From the NCBI GenBank assembly GCA_951406725.2, contig OX597822.1, positions 85,684,001 through 85,748,000 of the forward strand: DNA of 64,000 nucleotides, read 5' to 3'. The translations under genes were made by a program, and so were the position numbers. Numbering within the stretch: position 1 is the first letter of the stretch; every line of letters starts with the position of its first letter. The notes beneath the pieces are model-generated. The model was not told the DNA's origin. It saw only the letters and a program-made list of their open reading frames with translations, and searched no databases. Origin of the DNA: Octopus vulgaris. Lineage: Eukaryota. Shown piece by piece: positions 24,786 through 39,026 of this stretch.

Positions 24786-25924
24786 CTGCAAGAAAAGTAA
24801 AACTATCAAATGATCATCAACATCATCATCATTTAACATGTCTTTCATGCTGGCATGGGTTAGACATATATATATATATATACACATACATACAAACAAA
24901 CAAACAAGCATGCCAGGCAAAATGGTTATCTTTACATTCTGGGTTCAAATTCCACTCAAGTCGACTTTACCTTTCATCCTTTCAGGGTCAATAAATTAAG
25001 TACCAGTAAAATACTGGGGTTGATGTAATCGACTACCCAACTCCCCCAAAATTTCAGGCCTTGTGCTTTTAGTAGAAAGGATTGTTATTATTATTATCAT
25101 TATAATTATTATTATCATCATCATCATCATTAAGACAGCAAGCTAGCAGAATCGTTAGCATGCCAGACAGAATGCATAGTGAATTTCATCTGTCTTTACA
25201 TTCTGAGTTCAAACTCTGCCATGGTCAACTTTGTCTTTCATCCTTTCAGGGCCAATAAATTAAGGACCAGTTGAGCAATGAGGTCAATGTAATCAATTTA
25301 CTCCCTCCACGAAATTGCTGGCCTTGTGCCAAAATTTGAAACCGTTATTATTATTATAATAACTTTGATTTGATAAGTGAATGTGGTGATGAAGGCCCTG
25401 AGTGAGTAGGCCTACTCTAAGCTGGGAATACAAAGACAGAGGAGCATTTGCCATGGTATTCCCAGTGAATGGGGTGGCTTAGGATCTGTGGGGTTCCTTG
25501 GCTGCTCTGGGTGGCATTTTACCCTTATTGAAGATTTTGGTTCTCAAGGTTTCTTTTTTTGTAAATTGTTATTGCTTTTATTGCTTGCATGTTTCCTGGC
25601 ACCTCCCGCCCATCATTTGTCCTTGTATTACCTTAAATGTTTTTGTGGCTTTTGCACCAATAAAGAAATTTATTATTATTAGAAAGGTATCATTACAGTT
25701 TCCTTTTCACTTTTCAGAGCTCTTGATTTCACTTAATCTGGCTAATTCTGTAAGAGCAGACAACAACCTGTTGTCAAGGGTCTCATTCCACAATGTTTCA
25801 CACCCAAGTACCAATCTCAGAATCCTTGTTGTTGTTGTCATTTTTTTCTTTTTCTTTTACTGAAAATTTTCAATTCTTGACTCATTTTTACATTAAAACT
25901 ATGTTTTTATTCTCCAACTATAAG

Positions 25925-26533
25925 TGAGTCCATAACCCGTGGCCTTCTACTTGGGATGGAGCCAGCCTACGTATACATACCTTCCCTTCTTGGGACACAA
26001 AACTCTACTTGTGAAGACCTGTTGAGGCAAGTGAGGATCAGAATCGAAATCGATCAATGGAAATTGCAGATGTGTTACCAGTGCCGGTGGCATGTCGATA
26101 CTCTACTTGTGAAGACCCGTTGAGGCAAGTGAGGATCAGAAATGGAAATCGATCAATGGAAATTGCAGATGTGTTACCAGTGCCGGTGGCATGTGAAGAG
26201 AACCTGTCCGTTTCGCGACCGTTGCCAGCACCGCCCCGTTTCGTGTCCGTTGCCAGCCTCGCCTGGCCCTTGTGCCGGTGGCACATAAAAAGCACCATCC
26301 GTTCGTGGCCGTTTGCCAGCTCTGTCTGGCACCTGTGCGGGTGGCACGTAAAAAGCACCCACTACACTCACGGAGTGGTTGGCGTTAGGAAGGGCATCCA
26401 GCCGTAGAAACACTGCCAGATTTGACTGGGCCTGATGAAGCCTTCTGGCTTCACAGACCCCAGTAGAACCGTCCAACCCATGCTAGCATGGAAAACGGAC
26501 GCTAAACGACGATGATGATGATGATGATGATGA
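25925..26533 (+). mobile_element. RTE-related retroposon 3' end with (GAT)n tail (young copy, representative of an abundant family)
   Basis: ggcgttaggaagggcatccagccgtagaaa...ccaacccatgctagcatggaaa...(GAT)n. Related copies near 6035-6310(-), 23326-23830(-), 26840-26990(+), 29306-29495(-), 30060-30250(-), 30765-31090(-), 34885-35190(-), 37195-37380(-), 40928-41120(-), 43006-43225(-), 62570-62810(+). Confidence 0.75.
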
Positions 26534-27684
26534 TAAGCTACCCCACCTGCTCTTAGTTTCAGTCAAGATTCCCATCCACCACCCTCCATTCACCAAATCC
26601 CACATCAAGCACAACAAGCCATCTTTCATTCCCTTGTCACTGTTTAATGAACTTGTCTAATTCTTCAGACTCCAAATCAATTTTTCCCAATTTCATTCTT
26701 CCTGCATACTTTATCCAACAGCTCCATTATCTACAGGACAGACTAAACAATACACGCATTACCACAGTTTACAAATAGAGAATTAGACTTCATTCTCAAC
26801 ATGTTTTTACATTGATTCTTTCTGAAATTGAAACCTTCATGGCGTTAGGAAGGGCATCCAGCTGTAGAAACACTGCCACATCTGACTGGCCTTGTGCAGC
26901 CTTCGGGCTTCCCAGACCCCAGTTGAACCGTCCAACCCATGCTAGCATGGAAAGCGGACGTTAAACGATGATGATGATGATGATGATGATTTTGGTCAGT
27001 TCTTAAGCCAATTGTTTAAAGTCTACAGGCAACTTTCCATAATTTCACTACTGTCCACTTCCTTCTTTTTTTTTTTTTTTTTTTTGACAACTAAATGAAT
27101 TGTGGCCTGTTCAATAAAATGTTCCCTGCAGAGTTGCAATAAAATGTCTGCAGTTGGATTCCAACTCATGATATTGAGATGGCAGTTCAGTACTTTGTCT
27201 ACTCGTGATTAGTTCATACCTTATATTGCTTTTAAAGAAAATGTATACATGTATGTATGTAAATACCTTATAATATATATATATATATATATAGATAGAT
27301 ATATATATTACTTTATTAAATTTGAGAAAAACAAATTTCCAAATCAATCAGGTACAACCCTTTAGCATTACGTGCATCTGCATATCGTGCAGTGGGGTCT
27401 TGATTATCATATATTTCTAGAAATATACAAAATATATGATAGAAATCAATAATAATTCAGTCTGGGAAGATTGATAGATATGCGGGTATTCTATTTCAGA
27501 TAATACAAAGAAATAACCTCATGAATAATATATCTGAAGGTAAACTCGTGATATCTATTTGCACATCATGAAATAATACTTTAAAGGATATAACCAGTAT
27601 ACCAGCAGGGTATATAATATACTTCCTTAATTATCTCCTAATTAAATTAAAATTATCAATTATGCAGCAAACTTTATACATTAC

Positions 27685-27941
27685 CTTTGTTTTCAGCTTG
27701 GATGTATTTTTAGGGGGAGCCACACTAGTTGAAGTGACCTCACGAGTCTCGGTGTCATCATCTGCTTCTTCATCTTCATCATCATCATCATCGTCATCAT
27801 CTTCCTCCTCATCCTCCTCTTCCTCATCATCTTCCTCCATATTGTTTTCCATCTCACTGTCTCCGTTGTTGCTGCTTTCATCAACTTGTTCTTCCAGCAA
27901 CTGGCGATGTAGCTTCAGCTCCTCGCAGGCTTTTATAAACC
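27685..27941 (-). CDS. ZMYND11: ZMYND11 exon: PWWP last helix plus acidic tract
   Basis: attgcag|GGTTTA...ACAAAG|gtaatg; 257 nt; GFIKACEELKLHRQLLEEQ (human GWKKACDELELHQRFL) followed by a long E/D run. Confidence 0.9.
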
Positions 27942-28025
27942 CTGCAATTGAGAAGTACCACAAATGCTCAAAGTTTCTCATTAGAAGAGGGGTAAGTGAT
28001 GTAACTGGATTATTCCATCACTCCA

Positions 28026-28067
<42 letters not shown>

Positions 28068-28083
28068 ATTTTCCTACACTTAC

Positions 28084-28157
28084 CTTGGGTTCGTTTGGAT
28101 GTCACAGTCTTAATATTCACACTAATTGGTTTAATGTATTCTTGAGGGATGAGAGCC
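28084..28157 (-). CDS. ZMYND11: ZMYND11 exon: PWWP C-terminal part
   Basis: ggttgtag|GGCTCT...CCCAAG|gtaagt; 74 nt, phase 2-1; (R)ALIPQEYIKPISVNIKTVTSKRTQ resembles human [25 protein letters not shown]. Confidence 0.88.
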
Positions 28158-28445
28158 CTACAACCAAAATTAGATTAAAAGTCAATAAATGGAAGTATAG
28201 TTTTGTAGCTACACACATTCATATATACACAAATTTTATGGAATTTCTTGGACAGTTCTGGTTTAACACCATTAGCAATTCTCCACATGTTTAGACCAGC
28301 AAATGTTTCACAACTCTGAGAGTCAGTCACAGAATAAATAGTGCCACTCAGACCTGCAAGAGACCCAAAGATTTGTAACAGTTGTCTTGGGATTCACCAA
28401 ATGTTTTTACCTGCCAACTGATGTTTGACACTTTACTCTAATTGA

Positions 28446-28472
28446 TATATATATATACATACATACATACAA

Positions 28473-28508
<36 letters not shown>

Positions 28509-28684
28509 AAATATATATGCATACATATATACACACATATATACATACACATATATATATATACATACATATACACACACACATATATATAAATACATAC
28601 ATACATATATATATATATAAATACATACATACATACATATATATACACACACATACACATATATATATATACATACACACACAT

Positions 28685-28723
<39 letters not shown>

Positions 28724-28880
28724 TACACATATATATACACACACATACACATATATATATACATACACACACACATATATACATGCATACACACATACAT
28801 ACATATATATATGTGTGTGTGCATACACATACACACACAACACATACATATACACACACATAAATATATATAAATAAATA
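28446..28880. repeat. Compound (TA)n/(CA)n/(CATA)n microsatellite
   Basis: About 430-bp alternating purine-pyrimidine tract. Confidence 0.95.
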
Positions 28881-29864
28881 AAATGGGCACAGGCATGGCT
28901 GTGAGGTAAGAAGTTTGCTGTCCAACTACATAGTTCCAGGTTCAATCCCACGACATAGCATCTTGGGCAAGTGTCTTCTGCTATTACCTTGGGCTGACCA
29001 AAGCATTGTGAGTGGATGCAGTAAACGGAAACTGAAAGAATCCTGTCATATATATATATATATATATGCGTGTAGATTTCTCCTCCACCACCACTTGACA
29101 ACTAGTGTTTGGTGTGTTTATGTCCCCATAAATTAGCGGTTCAGCAGAAGGGGATTGATAGAATAAGTGCCAGGCTTCAAAAAGAAAAAATGAGTACTGG
29201 AATTGATTCCTTCAACTAAAATTCTTCAAGACTCTACCCCAGCATGGCCACAGTGCAATAACTGAAACAAGTAAAAAATAAACGTGTGTATGTGTACACA
29301 TCTATATCATCGTCGTCGTCGTTTAACGTCCGCTTTCCATGCTGGCAAAGGTTGGACAGTATGACTGAGGACTGGCAGACCAGTAGGCAGCACCAGGCTC
29401 CAATCTAATCTGACAAGGTTTCGATAGCTGGATGCCCTTCCTAATGCCAACCACTCAGAGAGTGTAGTGGGTGCTTTTTATGTGCCACTGCCATGGGAGA
29501 CAGTCATATATATATTTAAAAATATATATATATATACATACATACACTCACACACACACCATGATTTTTTCGAGGGAAAATGGTTATAAATATAAACCAA
29601 TAAGTATAACAGAAACATTTTGCATTCAAACCAACAAGGGGAGGGTCTATGTAATTGCTCCATTTGCTAGAAATGGTAAACAACCACACCCTACCATCTT
29701 CAAAAAGTAAGGACATGTAAGTTAATGATGTACTCTAAAATATATATACATCATATTTCTATCATAAGGTTGGAAAATAAATGAGGTGGTCATGACTGGA
29801 ATATCTTTGGATATAAGTTTACCGCTTCATTAGGACCAACCCTAAACAACAATAATATTCTTAC

Positions 29865-29986
29865 CTTTGATGGTAGCCCCCAAAAAAGCGGACATCATGT
29901 TTACTATCTTCCGTTACCCGAATGACTTTGGCAGGCCAGTAGCTAAAGCCCTTCAGTTTTGCGTAAACAAGTTCATGGGGTGGTTT
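29865..29986 (-). CDS. ZMYND11: ZMYND11 exon: PWWP domain
   Basis: ctgtttcag|AAACCA...CAAAG|gtaaga; 122 nt; [41 protein letters not shown]. Confidence 0.95.
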
Positions 29987-30481
29987 CTGAAACAGCAGCG
30001 AAAAGCAAAAGTTACTCGTAAAGTCTAGAAAATATAACAACAATGTTAAGATCAGTCAATCATCATCATCATCATAATTTAACATCCATTTTTCATGCTG
30101 GCATGGGTTGGACAGTTTCACAAGAGTCTGACAAACTGGAGAGCTACATCAGGCTCCAATCTTCTGTACTGGAATAGTTTCTATGGCTGGACGCTCTTCA
30201 TAATGCCTACCACTTTACAGAGTGTACCGGGTGCTTTCTATGAGGTACCAGTACCAGTGATTATCAACTACCTTTTTTGGTACAAAGAGGGACAGCAATA
30301 CCAAACTTTTCTTGGAAAGGAGAGGCAGAGCTCACTTCTGGATGTAGTGGGAAAAACTATAGCTGAAGAGTGTTTAGTGCTAAACACAAAATATCAAGTT
30401 CAAACTTTCCAGTGAAAAAAACAAAAAAAAACAAACAGAATGAGAGGAAATTAACACTGAGACTGTAATTGAGATACTTAC

Positions 30482-30559
30482 ACATGGCTTACAAAACCAA
30501 TTTGCAGGTTTAGAGTTTGACATGTAGTAACAATTCCAGCACTGACAAATCTCATCAAT
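30482..30559 (-). CDS. ZMYND11: ZMYND11 exon: zinc knuckle between bromodomain and PWWP
   Basis: gtcttgcag|ATTGAT...CCATGT|gtaagt; 78 nt; IDEICQCWNCYYMSNSKPANWFCKPC resembles human [26 protein letters not shown]. Confidence 0.93.
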
Positions 30560-31830
30560 CTGCAAGACAAACCAAAATGGAATCAACACAACTGTCATAA
30601 TTATAGAATGCATTGGATAATTAAATATGATAACACAACTATACAATTATGTTGCATAATTATATAACAACCATAATTATAAAATACATTGGACAATTAA
30701 TATAAAACAACTGTAATTATATAATATATTGAATAATTATAATAATACAACTATTTCAACATAATTCATCATCATCATCATCATTTAACATCTGTTGTCC
30801 ATGTTGGACAGTTTGACTGGGCTTGTACGCTGGAAGGCTGCACCTGACTCCAGTCTGATTTGACATGGTTTTCTACAGTTGGATGCCCTACCTAATGCCA
30901 TCCACTTAACAGAGTGCAATGGGTGCTTTTACGTGCCTCCAGCACGGGTGCCATTTGCATGACACCAGGGTGCATTTATGTGCCACCAACACAGATGCCA
31001 ATTTGCGTGACACCAGTATCTGCCATGACTGCAATTTTGCTCAGCTTGATGGGTCTTCTCAAGCACAACATAATACCAAAAGTCTCAGCTATTGCCTCCA
31101 TGAAGCTCAACTCTCAAAAGGAACTCAGCCACTCTGCTTCTGAGAGGCCCAATGCTCAAAAGGAACTCTGTGAGGCCCAACATTCAAAAGATGTTCTTTA
31201 CGTGCCATCAGCACTTGGTTTGATGAGTCCTCATTATATGTATAATTAATAGCGCAACTATAACTATAGGCACAGGTGTGGCTGTGTGGTAAGAAGTTTG
31301 CTTCCCAACCACATTGTTCCAGGTTCAGTCCCACTACATAGTACACTGGGCAAGTGTCTTCTTCTATAACTTTGGGCCAACCAAAGCCTTGTGAGTGGAA
31401 TTGATAGATGGAAACTGAAAGAAGCCTATTATGTGTGTGTCTGTGTACTTTTGTGTGTGTTTACCCCTCTACCACTGCTTGACAACCGGTGTTTTACATC
31501 CCTGTAACTTAGCAGTTTAGCAAAAGAGACTGATAGAATAAGTACCAAGCTTAAAAAATTTATGTGGAGGCACTTGACTTAGTGGTTAGGGTGTTGGACT
31601 GAGGATTGTAAGATTGTGATTTCCATTTCTGGATAGGGCAATGTATTGTGCTCTTGAGCAAGATTCTTCATTTCCTGTTGTTCCAGTCCACTCAACTGGC
31701 AAATGTGAGTTATCCTGCGACAGGCTGGCATCCCATCCAGGTGAGGAATACATATGCCACAGAAACTGAGAAACCAGCCTCGTGAGTCTATGTGACTCAG
31801 GAAGGAACTTTATCTTTTAATCCTAACATA

Positions 31831-32215
31831 GGTGCAGGAGTGGCTGTCTGGTAAGTAGCTTACTTACCAACCGCATGGTTCCAGGTTCAGTACCACTGCG
31901 TGGCACCTTGGGCAAGTGTCTTGGGCCGACCAAAGCCTTGTGAGTGGATTTGGTAGACGGAAACTGAAAGAAGCCCGTCGTATATATGTATATATATGTG
32001 TGTGTGTGTGTGTTTGTGTGTGTTTGTCAACCTAACATCGCTTGACAACCGATGCTGGTGTGTTTACGTCCCCATAACTTAGCAGGTTCGGCAAAAGAGA
32101 CCGATAGAATAAGTACTAGGCTTCCAAAGAATAAGTCCTGGGGTCGATTTGCTCGACTAAAGCCGGTGCTCTAGCATGGCCACAGTCAAATGACTGAAAC
32201 AAGTAAAAGAGAGTA
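31831..32215 (+). mobile_element. tRNA-derived SINE family A (representative full-length copy)
   Basis: Head ggtgcaggagtggctgtctggtaag...ggttcagtacc (A/B-box-like), internal (TA)/(TG) tract, tail catggccacagtcaaatgactgaaacaag. Copies near 28888-29275(+), 31269-31555(+), 36380-36765(-), 38430-38803(-), 41360-41748(-), 42068-42445(+), 47220-47582(+), 47640-47985(-), 6690-6915(-). Confidence 0.8.
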
Positions 32216-32552
32216 AAAGTGTATTTAATTACAATACAGTGAGAAATATGAACATAACATTAACAACTACACTTGAACCTATGACTCACACTGATTGCTG
32301 TTGTTGTTTAACATCATGTCAGTGCTGATCTGGCAGACCTTTCATCACCCTGTCTTTTATTTATCGTGAACTACACTGTTTAATGTGTCCTTTGCTTAAG
32401 ATGTCAGAGTGTGACTTGGGAAGATTTAGTTGCTATTTCTAGCAGGTATAGAATGACCATGTTGAGGCTGTTTCATTGGCTCAACATGCCCTCATGTACA
32501 ATTATGATAAAGTGTTCAGCTGATAATTTTGGTAATGTAACAGCTAATTGTA

Positions 32553-33250
32553 TATAGGGTGCTCAGGCTAAATTTCATGATATTTTATGTCCCCATTTTT
32601 TAAAGAATAGCTTTGATATATTGGTGAACAGTCAACAGTTGGAGGTCATCTGAATATTGGAAAAGATGCTGACATCATAACTGCTGCTCAATACTCTGTG
32701 AACACTGTAAAGGCTGAAAGACACGACATGGACAGCTGCAAGAGGGAGATCTAGAAGCCATGGCCAGCTGCAATGGAGACATAGCAGGCATTGTGACTGC
32801 ATTCACATGTCAGAATTCAGCCAACAGCTACAGGACAAGGTGATGGAAGCTGCAAGCAAGGGAATGTGGGCATTGGTGAGAGAAATGGGTGCTGGAGTTG
32901 CTACCATGAAGCTGGCCCTGAATGAGGGCCTTCACTACCATTCATACAAGGGATGCAAGAGACAAACTCTGACAACCAAAGCTGAGGAGAACTGCTTGAT
33001 GAAGGCAAAGAAGCTCCTGAACAAGCTGAGGCATCCTGTTGAGTTGGGGATGATCAGGTTTTTCTGAAAAGAACTTCTGCCAGAACCAGTTGCCTACAAT
33101 CCACGTGATGTCCCACATAACATAAAGACCAAGTTCCTCCAAAATCTGATAGCCTTTGGGTGTGTCTCCTGCGAGGGTGACGTCATGCCACCCTGCCTCT
33201 TGGCACAGGACCTAAGGCTCAAATCAGACAGCTACATGAAACCCTCTCAG
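32553..33250 (+). mobile_element. Decayed Tc1/mariner-superfamily (DD37D/maT-like) transposon
   Basis: TA-tagggtgctcaggctaaat start. Fragments KAKKLLNKLRHP...IRFF, EKNFCQ, KTKF...FGCVSCEGDVMPP match this transposase type. Confidence 0.7.
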
Positions 33251-34635
33251 CCATAATTGAGTTGAGATTTTCTGATTTTTAAAAATACTTTATTTTTGGA
33301 TGGGATATTGTCACCACCACCGTAATCATCATCATGAAAACACTGAACTTCAGTTGTTAAGGCTATACATATACTGTGCAGAATCAGGAGAGGTTCCATG
33401 CAGCACAAAGTTGCTATTGCAGTATAAAAACCATGGCTGGTTGAATCAACAAAGTAGGAAACAATAGACAAGAAGTAGTAACTGTGTCCAGTCAGTGATG
33501 CTGTGTGTCTTACTCAAGGCCCTCGACCAGCACATTGAATCCACATCAGATTATTCTATTTTGCTACAGGTTTGTGAATGGTAGAGTCCACAGTCAAAAA
33601 CAATCACAGTTGTAGCTCACTATTACAGGCACACATGGGCAAAATGCTTAGCGGTATTTCATCTGTCTTTATGTTCTGAGTTCGAATTCCACCAAGTTCG
33701 ACTTTACCTTTCATCTTTTCGGGGTTGATAAATTAAGTACCAGTTATGTACTGGGGTTGATCTAATCGACTCCCCCCCCACCTCCCCAAAAATTTCAGGC
33801 CTTGTGCCTAGAGTAGAAAAGAATATTACAGTGACAATCCATTGAAGTTCATTGCCCAGCTATTGCTAGGAACTGAGTTTCATTAAGGCCAAGCAGGTAA
33901 TGGAAGGGCCAGAGAGGAGATAATTAGAATTGGTGGCACCCATCTCTCACCTGCTTTCATCCCCCTAGCATAAAGCCGACCCCACTTCTTCATAGCTTTT
34001 AGTCTTGTGAATTGCATGGCAATCTCAATGGTGCCAAGTAAAAAAACATCCAGGAGAAACCAGTGAAGCATAATGCAGTCCAAGAAAACATTGAAACCTG
34101 TCAAACCATCCAACCCATGCCAGCATGGAACATGTTCTTATTTCTGTTCCGAGACATAAATTTATAGATTCCCCATAAAAGTGTTGCATTATAGTCAAGA
34201 TTTTAACCATGTCTTTGGTTTGGTCTGATAGTTATGCATGTTTACAGTTAACATTCCAACAGCTTTCCTCCTAATAAATTCTGCAGTTAATTTGCAGTTT
34301 TTTGTGATGTATCTGCTTTAACTATGATACACAGATGACTGTTTTAATCTAAAACTGCTTCTGTTGCATATAACAGATTTTTATTTCAATATGTTAAAAA
34401 TTTCAATTATGTCTTTGATCACCATCCATAATTAATTTTCTTTCAAATATAAATAAGAATCTGTTTTGACTGTTTTTGTTGTTGTTGTTAAAAGTGTGAC
34501 ATACAGTAGTTGTGACATGCAGAAAAATATTACAGATAGCAACTACTACTACTACAACTGCTTGACATGAGATTAACGTGGACGTGTTCAGATATGTTTG
34601 TTTGCATAATAATGATTCAAAGAATTAAAACTTAC

Positions 34636-34691
34636 ATCATATTTACAATCACGTATCATGATCCGGGCTAATTCTGTCATTCCATGCTCCT
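34636..34691 (-). CDS. ZMYND11: ZMYND11 exon: bromodomain C-terminal helix
   Basis: ctctttcag|AGGAGC...TATGAT|gtaagt; 56 nt, phase 1-0; EEHGMTELARIMIRDCKYD resembles human SEQADIARMLYKDTCHE. Confidence 0.88.
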
Positions 34692-35556
34692 CTGAAAGAG
34701 AAAGTCAACAGCTGCTGAGCAAAATATTGACACAGCAAAAGAAATGCATAAAAAAACACACCTATATCAGTTACACTATAAGAAATATTTAACATCAGTC
34801 ATGTTATCATAAATATATTTAGCAAATAATATTTGTATTCAATTGGAATAGATATCATAAAAACTATGACACCAATATATACCAATCATCATCATCATCG
34901 TTTAACATCAATTTTCCCTGCTGGCATGGGTTGGACAGTTCGACTGGGGGTCGGGGAAGCCAGAAGGCTGCACCAGGCTCCAGTCTGATCTGGCAGTGTT
35001 TCTACAGCTGGATGCCCTTCTAATGCCATCCACTCGGAGAATATAGTGGGTGCTTTTTTACGTGCCACCAGCACAGGGGCCAGAGGGGGTTGGCATTGTC
35101 CACGATCAGAGGGTGCTTTTTATGTGCCACTGGCACGGGGATCACAACTATAATTTCCATTTGATTGTGATTGGATTTGATTTTGATGTGTATCTATATT
35201 AATATATAAAATAGTTAAAAGACTTTATAAATAAAATATATTTAAAACTTATACGAAAGTATATATATTTTTTTGCATTTTATCTTTAAAATGGTTTCAT
35301 TTACCAAACTGGAATAGATAGGTATATAAAGGTGGTTAATGGCAGAATCAGTAGATTCTGGTTTCTATGGCTAGCATTTTGAGCAACCACACAGAAGCTT
35401 TTAGTTGAAGTTGCTTAGCCTCAAGTCACTCCTGAACAAGCAGGTCTATATTTAATGACACTGAAGCAATTACCATTTGACCATCCAGTCTTTGTATTTC
35501 AAGCACAATGTACCACGGACTGCCTTGTCCAGAGAGCTCTTTTTACAGATGGTAGA

Positions 35557-35910
35557 TACGAGGAGGTACCCAAAAGTAACCAGAGATATTCTCTGTGGGA
35601 CAAGCCCATTGTAGTTCAGACTTCCACCACTAGAAGCTACTTGATGCAACTTTCAGGCATCAGTGTGCTGACTGGCATTGTCCACTGAAGTCATACTACC
35701 ATGTGGTGCGGCTTTGTTTTGCAGGGCTTCTCCCCTGTTCGTCGATTTTGGCGATGGCTGAAATGAAGGAACAGCATGCTTCCATGAAATTCTGTTTTCT
35801 GCCAGGGAAAACAGCGGCCGAAACAGTTGTCATGCTTCAAACAGAAGACAAGGACACTGCCATGAGCAAAACACAAGTTTATGAGGGGCTTTCATGTGTG
35901 AGGAATGGCC
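35557..35910 (+). mobile_element. Mariner transposon 5' fragment
   Basis: TA-CGAGG TIR start; MAEMKEQHASMKFCFLPGKTAAETVVMLQTEDKDTAMSKTQVYE is a mariner N-terminal HTH. Confidence 0.8.
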
Positions 35911-38900
35911 ACTGGTTTGTGGCCATGCTGGAACGCTCTCTTCAAAGATGTAGTCACATCAAGACCAGCCCTTGGAAGACTACTATTCATTTTATTGGCC
36001 TTGAAAGGATGAAAGGGACAGTCAGCTTGGCTGGGGTTTGAACTCAGAATATAAAGGGCAACAACTATATATCCAACTATTTGGACTGTTTACTCTATTG
36101 ATTCTGCCATTTACCACCTTTATATGCCTATATATTCTGGTTTAGTGGATGGAACCATATTCATTTGTACAACTCCTGCCATCATCATCATCATCATCAT
36201 CACCATTGTCATCATTTAACATCCATTTTTCCATGCTTCAATAGAACAGATGGGATTTATTGTTGTTGGATGCTCTTCCTGTCACTAACCCTTACTTCCT
36301 TTCCAACCAAGGTTAATATTTGCCCCATAGCCAGACTTGTTCTCAAGGAAGATTGGAAATGAAGAACACCATTTTCATGATTTTTTTTAGCTTTTATTTG
36401 TTTCACTTATTATTAAACTGTGGCACTGCTTTCAAGAATTTTTAATCAAATGAAGCAACCCCAGCATATATATATATATATATATATATATAAATTTTTA
36501 AGCCTGACACTTATTCCATTGGTCTCTTTTGTTGAACCAATTAAATTATAGGGACATAAACAAACCAACACTAGCTGTCAAGCAATGATGGAGGACACAA
36601 AGACACACAAACACACAACAGGTTTCTACCAGTTTCTTCCTACCGAATCACGAGGCTATGGTCAGCCCAAGGCCATAGAAGAAGTCACTTGCTCAGGGTG
36701 CCACACAGTAGGACTGAACCCAGAACCATGTGGTTGGGAAGCAAACTTCTTACCACACAGCCACTTTTTTGACAACTATCACATGATGTCAAAATGAGGA
36801 AACACAAATGCACACACACACAGACACACACATATATATATATACACACACATATCAGGCAACCTAATATTGTATAAAAACCAGAATGACCAAATTCCAC
36901 CCTCTTTCTTTTCTTTACTTCTTTTCCTTTGGCAGTCAATTAATTTCCTCTCTGGAGAACATATCATTATGAGGGGCGTTCAATATTTTCAGTCAATCAA
37001 TCAATCGTTTGACAGATAAAATTGAACCATGAATCCACCCAAATGCATATCTGAATCAGCTGGAAGTTTTTAATAAATGAATGTATATAACCCATTATTT
37101 CTATCTATTTTGTATATGTATATATACATATATTATATGCACACATATACCTATATATGTGTGTGGTGGGGGCATGCAGGCATATATCATGATGATAATT
37201 TAACATCCATTTTCCATGCTAGCATAGGTCGGAGGATTAGACAGGAGCTGGCAAGGCTGGAAGGCTGCACCAGGCTCCATTGTCTGTTTTGACATGGTTT
37301 CTATAGCTGGATGCCTTTCCTAATGCCAACCACTTTACAGAGTGTACTGGGTGGTTTTTATTTGGCACTAGCACTGGTATATATATATATATATGCACCA
37401 GCATGAAAGGCAGGCATTAAACAATGATGATGATTATTTGTAGCCATTTTTCTGTGTCAGCATGGGTTGGCTAGGTGTACAAAATAATATCTTTGCAGTC
37501 TCACTTTCCCCTCTATACTCTCTATCCTATCCTCTTTCCCCATGCTTTCTATCTCTATCATTCAAGCCAACAAAGTAGCCTTTATGCAGATGTTTGACCT
37601 GCAAACAAATAGCAGCTAAATACATTAGATGATGCAGTCTTAGGAGTAGTGTGACTAAGAGAAAGGAGAGATGGCCACAGCTAGATTGCCTTTGATCACA
37701 GATCTGCTCAATCAAGGCTTACCTATGGCCTAACACCATGAGAAACTCCATTGTTCTCTTCAACATACCCACTGTTATTCTGCCACACAGATATTAAAGA
37801 CAGCAACATCTCTTCCACTTATATTTCACATCTATAACTTAAGGTGTTGCTCCAGCAAAGCCACAGTCCTACAGCTGAAATGAAGGAATGAAAAGAATAA
37901 GGGAGAGTATTGTCCTTCTGGCATGGATCAGTGATGTCTTTGGCATCATTCAATTGTTTTCAACTTCTCAACTCACACGGCAGGTGCTCCATAATAAACA
38001 GTTGGAATCAGTCTCAACTGACCGGAATCACTACAGACTTTATTATTGATGCAGGAACACAACAATATCGTGATTTTATTCTATAAGCAAGGCTTCACTA
38101 TTTCTGCTCGTCTTCCCTCTTGTATAAGCAACAACAAAAAATCGTACAACAGCATGACATTAGCATGACATGATTTCCATTCAAAGACTTTCATTCATGT
38201 GAAGATTTGAGAACAAAGAAACTGTTAATTTGTTAAGACATTCATTAATTTTTACATTGATTTAATTTTAATTAGTGGTCTGCTGCTTAATCTAGTTTCT
38301 GCTAAAGTGGTGGTTGGTCGGTGGGGGGGAGACTATGCCATTGAAAAGTAAATGTCTTCACCTCCAACTCATGTATTTTGCATTTACCCTTTGCCTTTCA
38401 GATTATTCGGTCAAATGTGATGCTTCCTTTTATTATTCTTTTATTTGTTTCAGTCATTTTGACTGTGGCCAAGCTGGAGCACCACCTTTAGTCGAGCAAA
38501 TCGACCTCAGGACTTATTCTTTGTAAGCCTAGTATTTATTTTATAAGCCTCTTATGCTGAACCGCTAAGTCGCAGGGACTTAAACACACCAGCATCAATG
38601 TCAAGCGATGTTGGGACACACACACACATATATATACACATACATACATCGGGCTTCTTTCAGTTTCCGTCTACCAAATCCACCCACAAGGCTTTGGTCG
38701 GCCCGAGGCTATAGTAGGAGACACTTGCCCAAGGTGCCACGCAGTGGTACTGAACCTGGAACCATGTGGTTGGTTAGCAAGCTACTTACCACACAGCCAC
38801 ACCTTGTTTTGAATTAATCGGTCATTACCTCATAACTTTGAGATTTCAATGATGCAATTGTATATTATAAGATTGACATTATAAGGTAGGTGGGAGAGGC

Positions 38901-39026
38901 CAGATCTTGTCAGTTTGAACATAAAAAAAAGGAGAATATTTGGGCCAGGTATGGTAGCCTAAAGGGTCAAGTAGTTATGAAAGAGGACAAAGGAATTGTG
39001 TCCTCATTCCACAATTGAAGTCTTAC

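Noticed and set aside
26425-26470. CTGATGAAG hammerhead-like start
   Set aside because: No properly placed GAAA; sister copies read approximately ctggtgcagcc, so it is a chance mutation.
27662-28294. 210-aa plus-strand poly-Ser ORF
   Set aside because: Antisense shadow of the acidic ZMYND11 exon plus a (CT)n tract.
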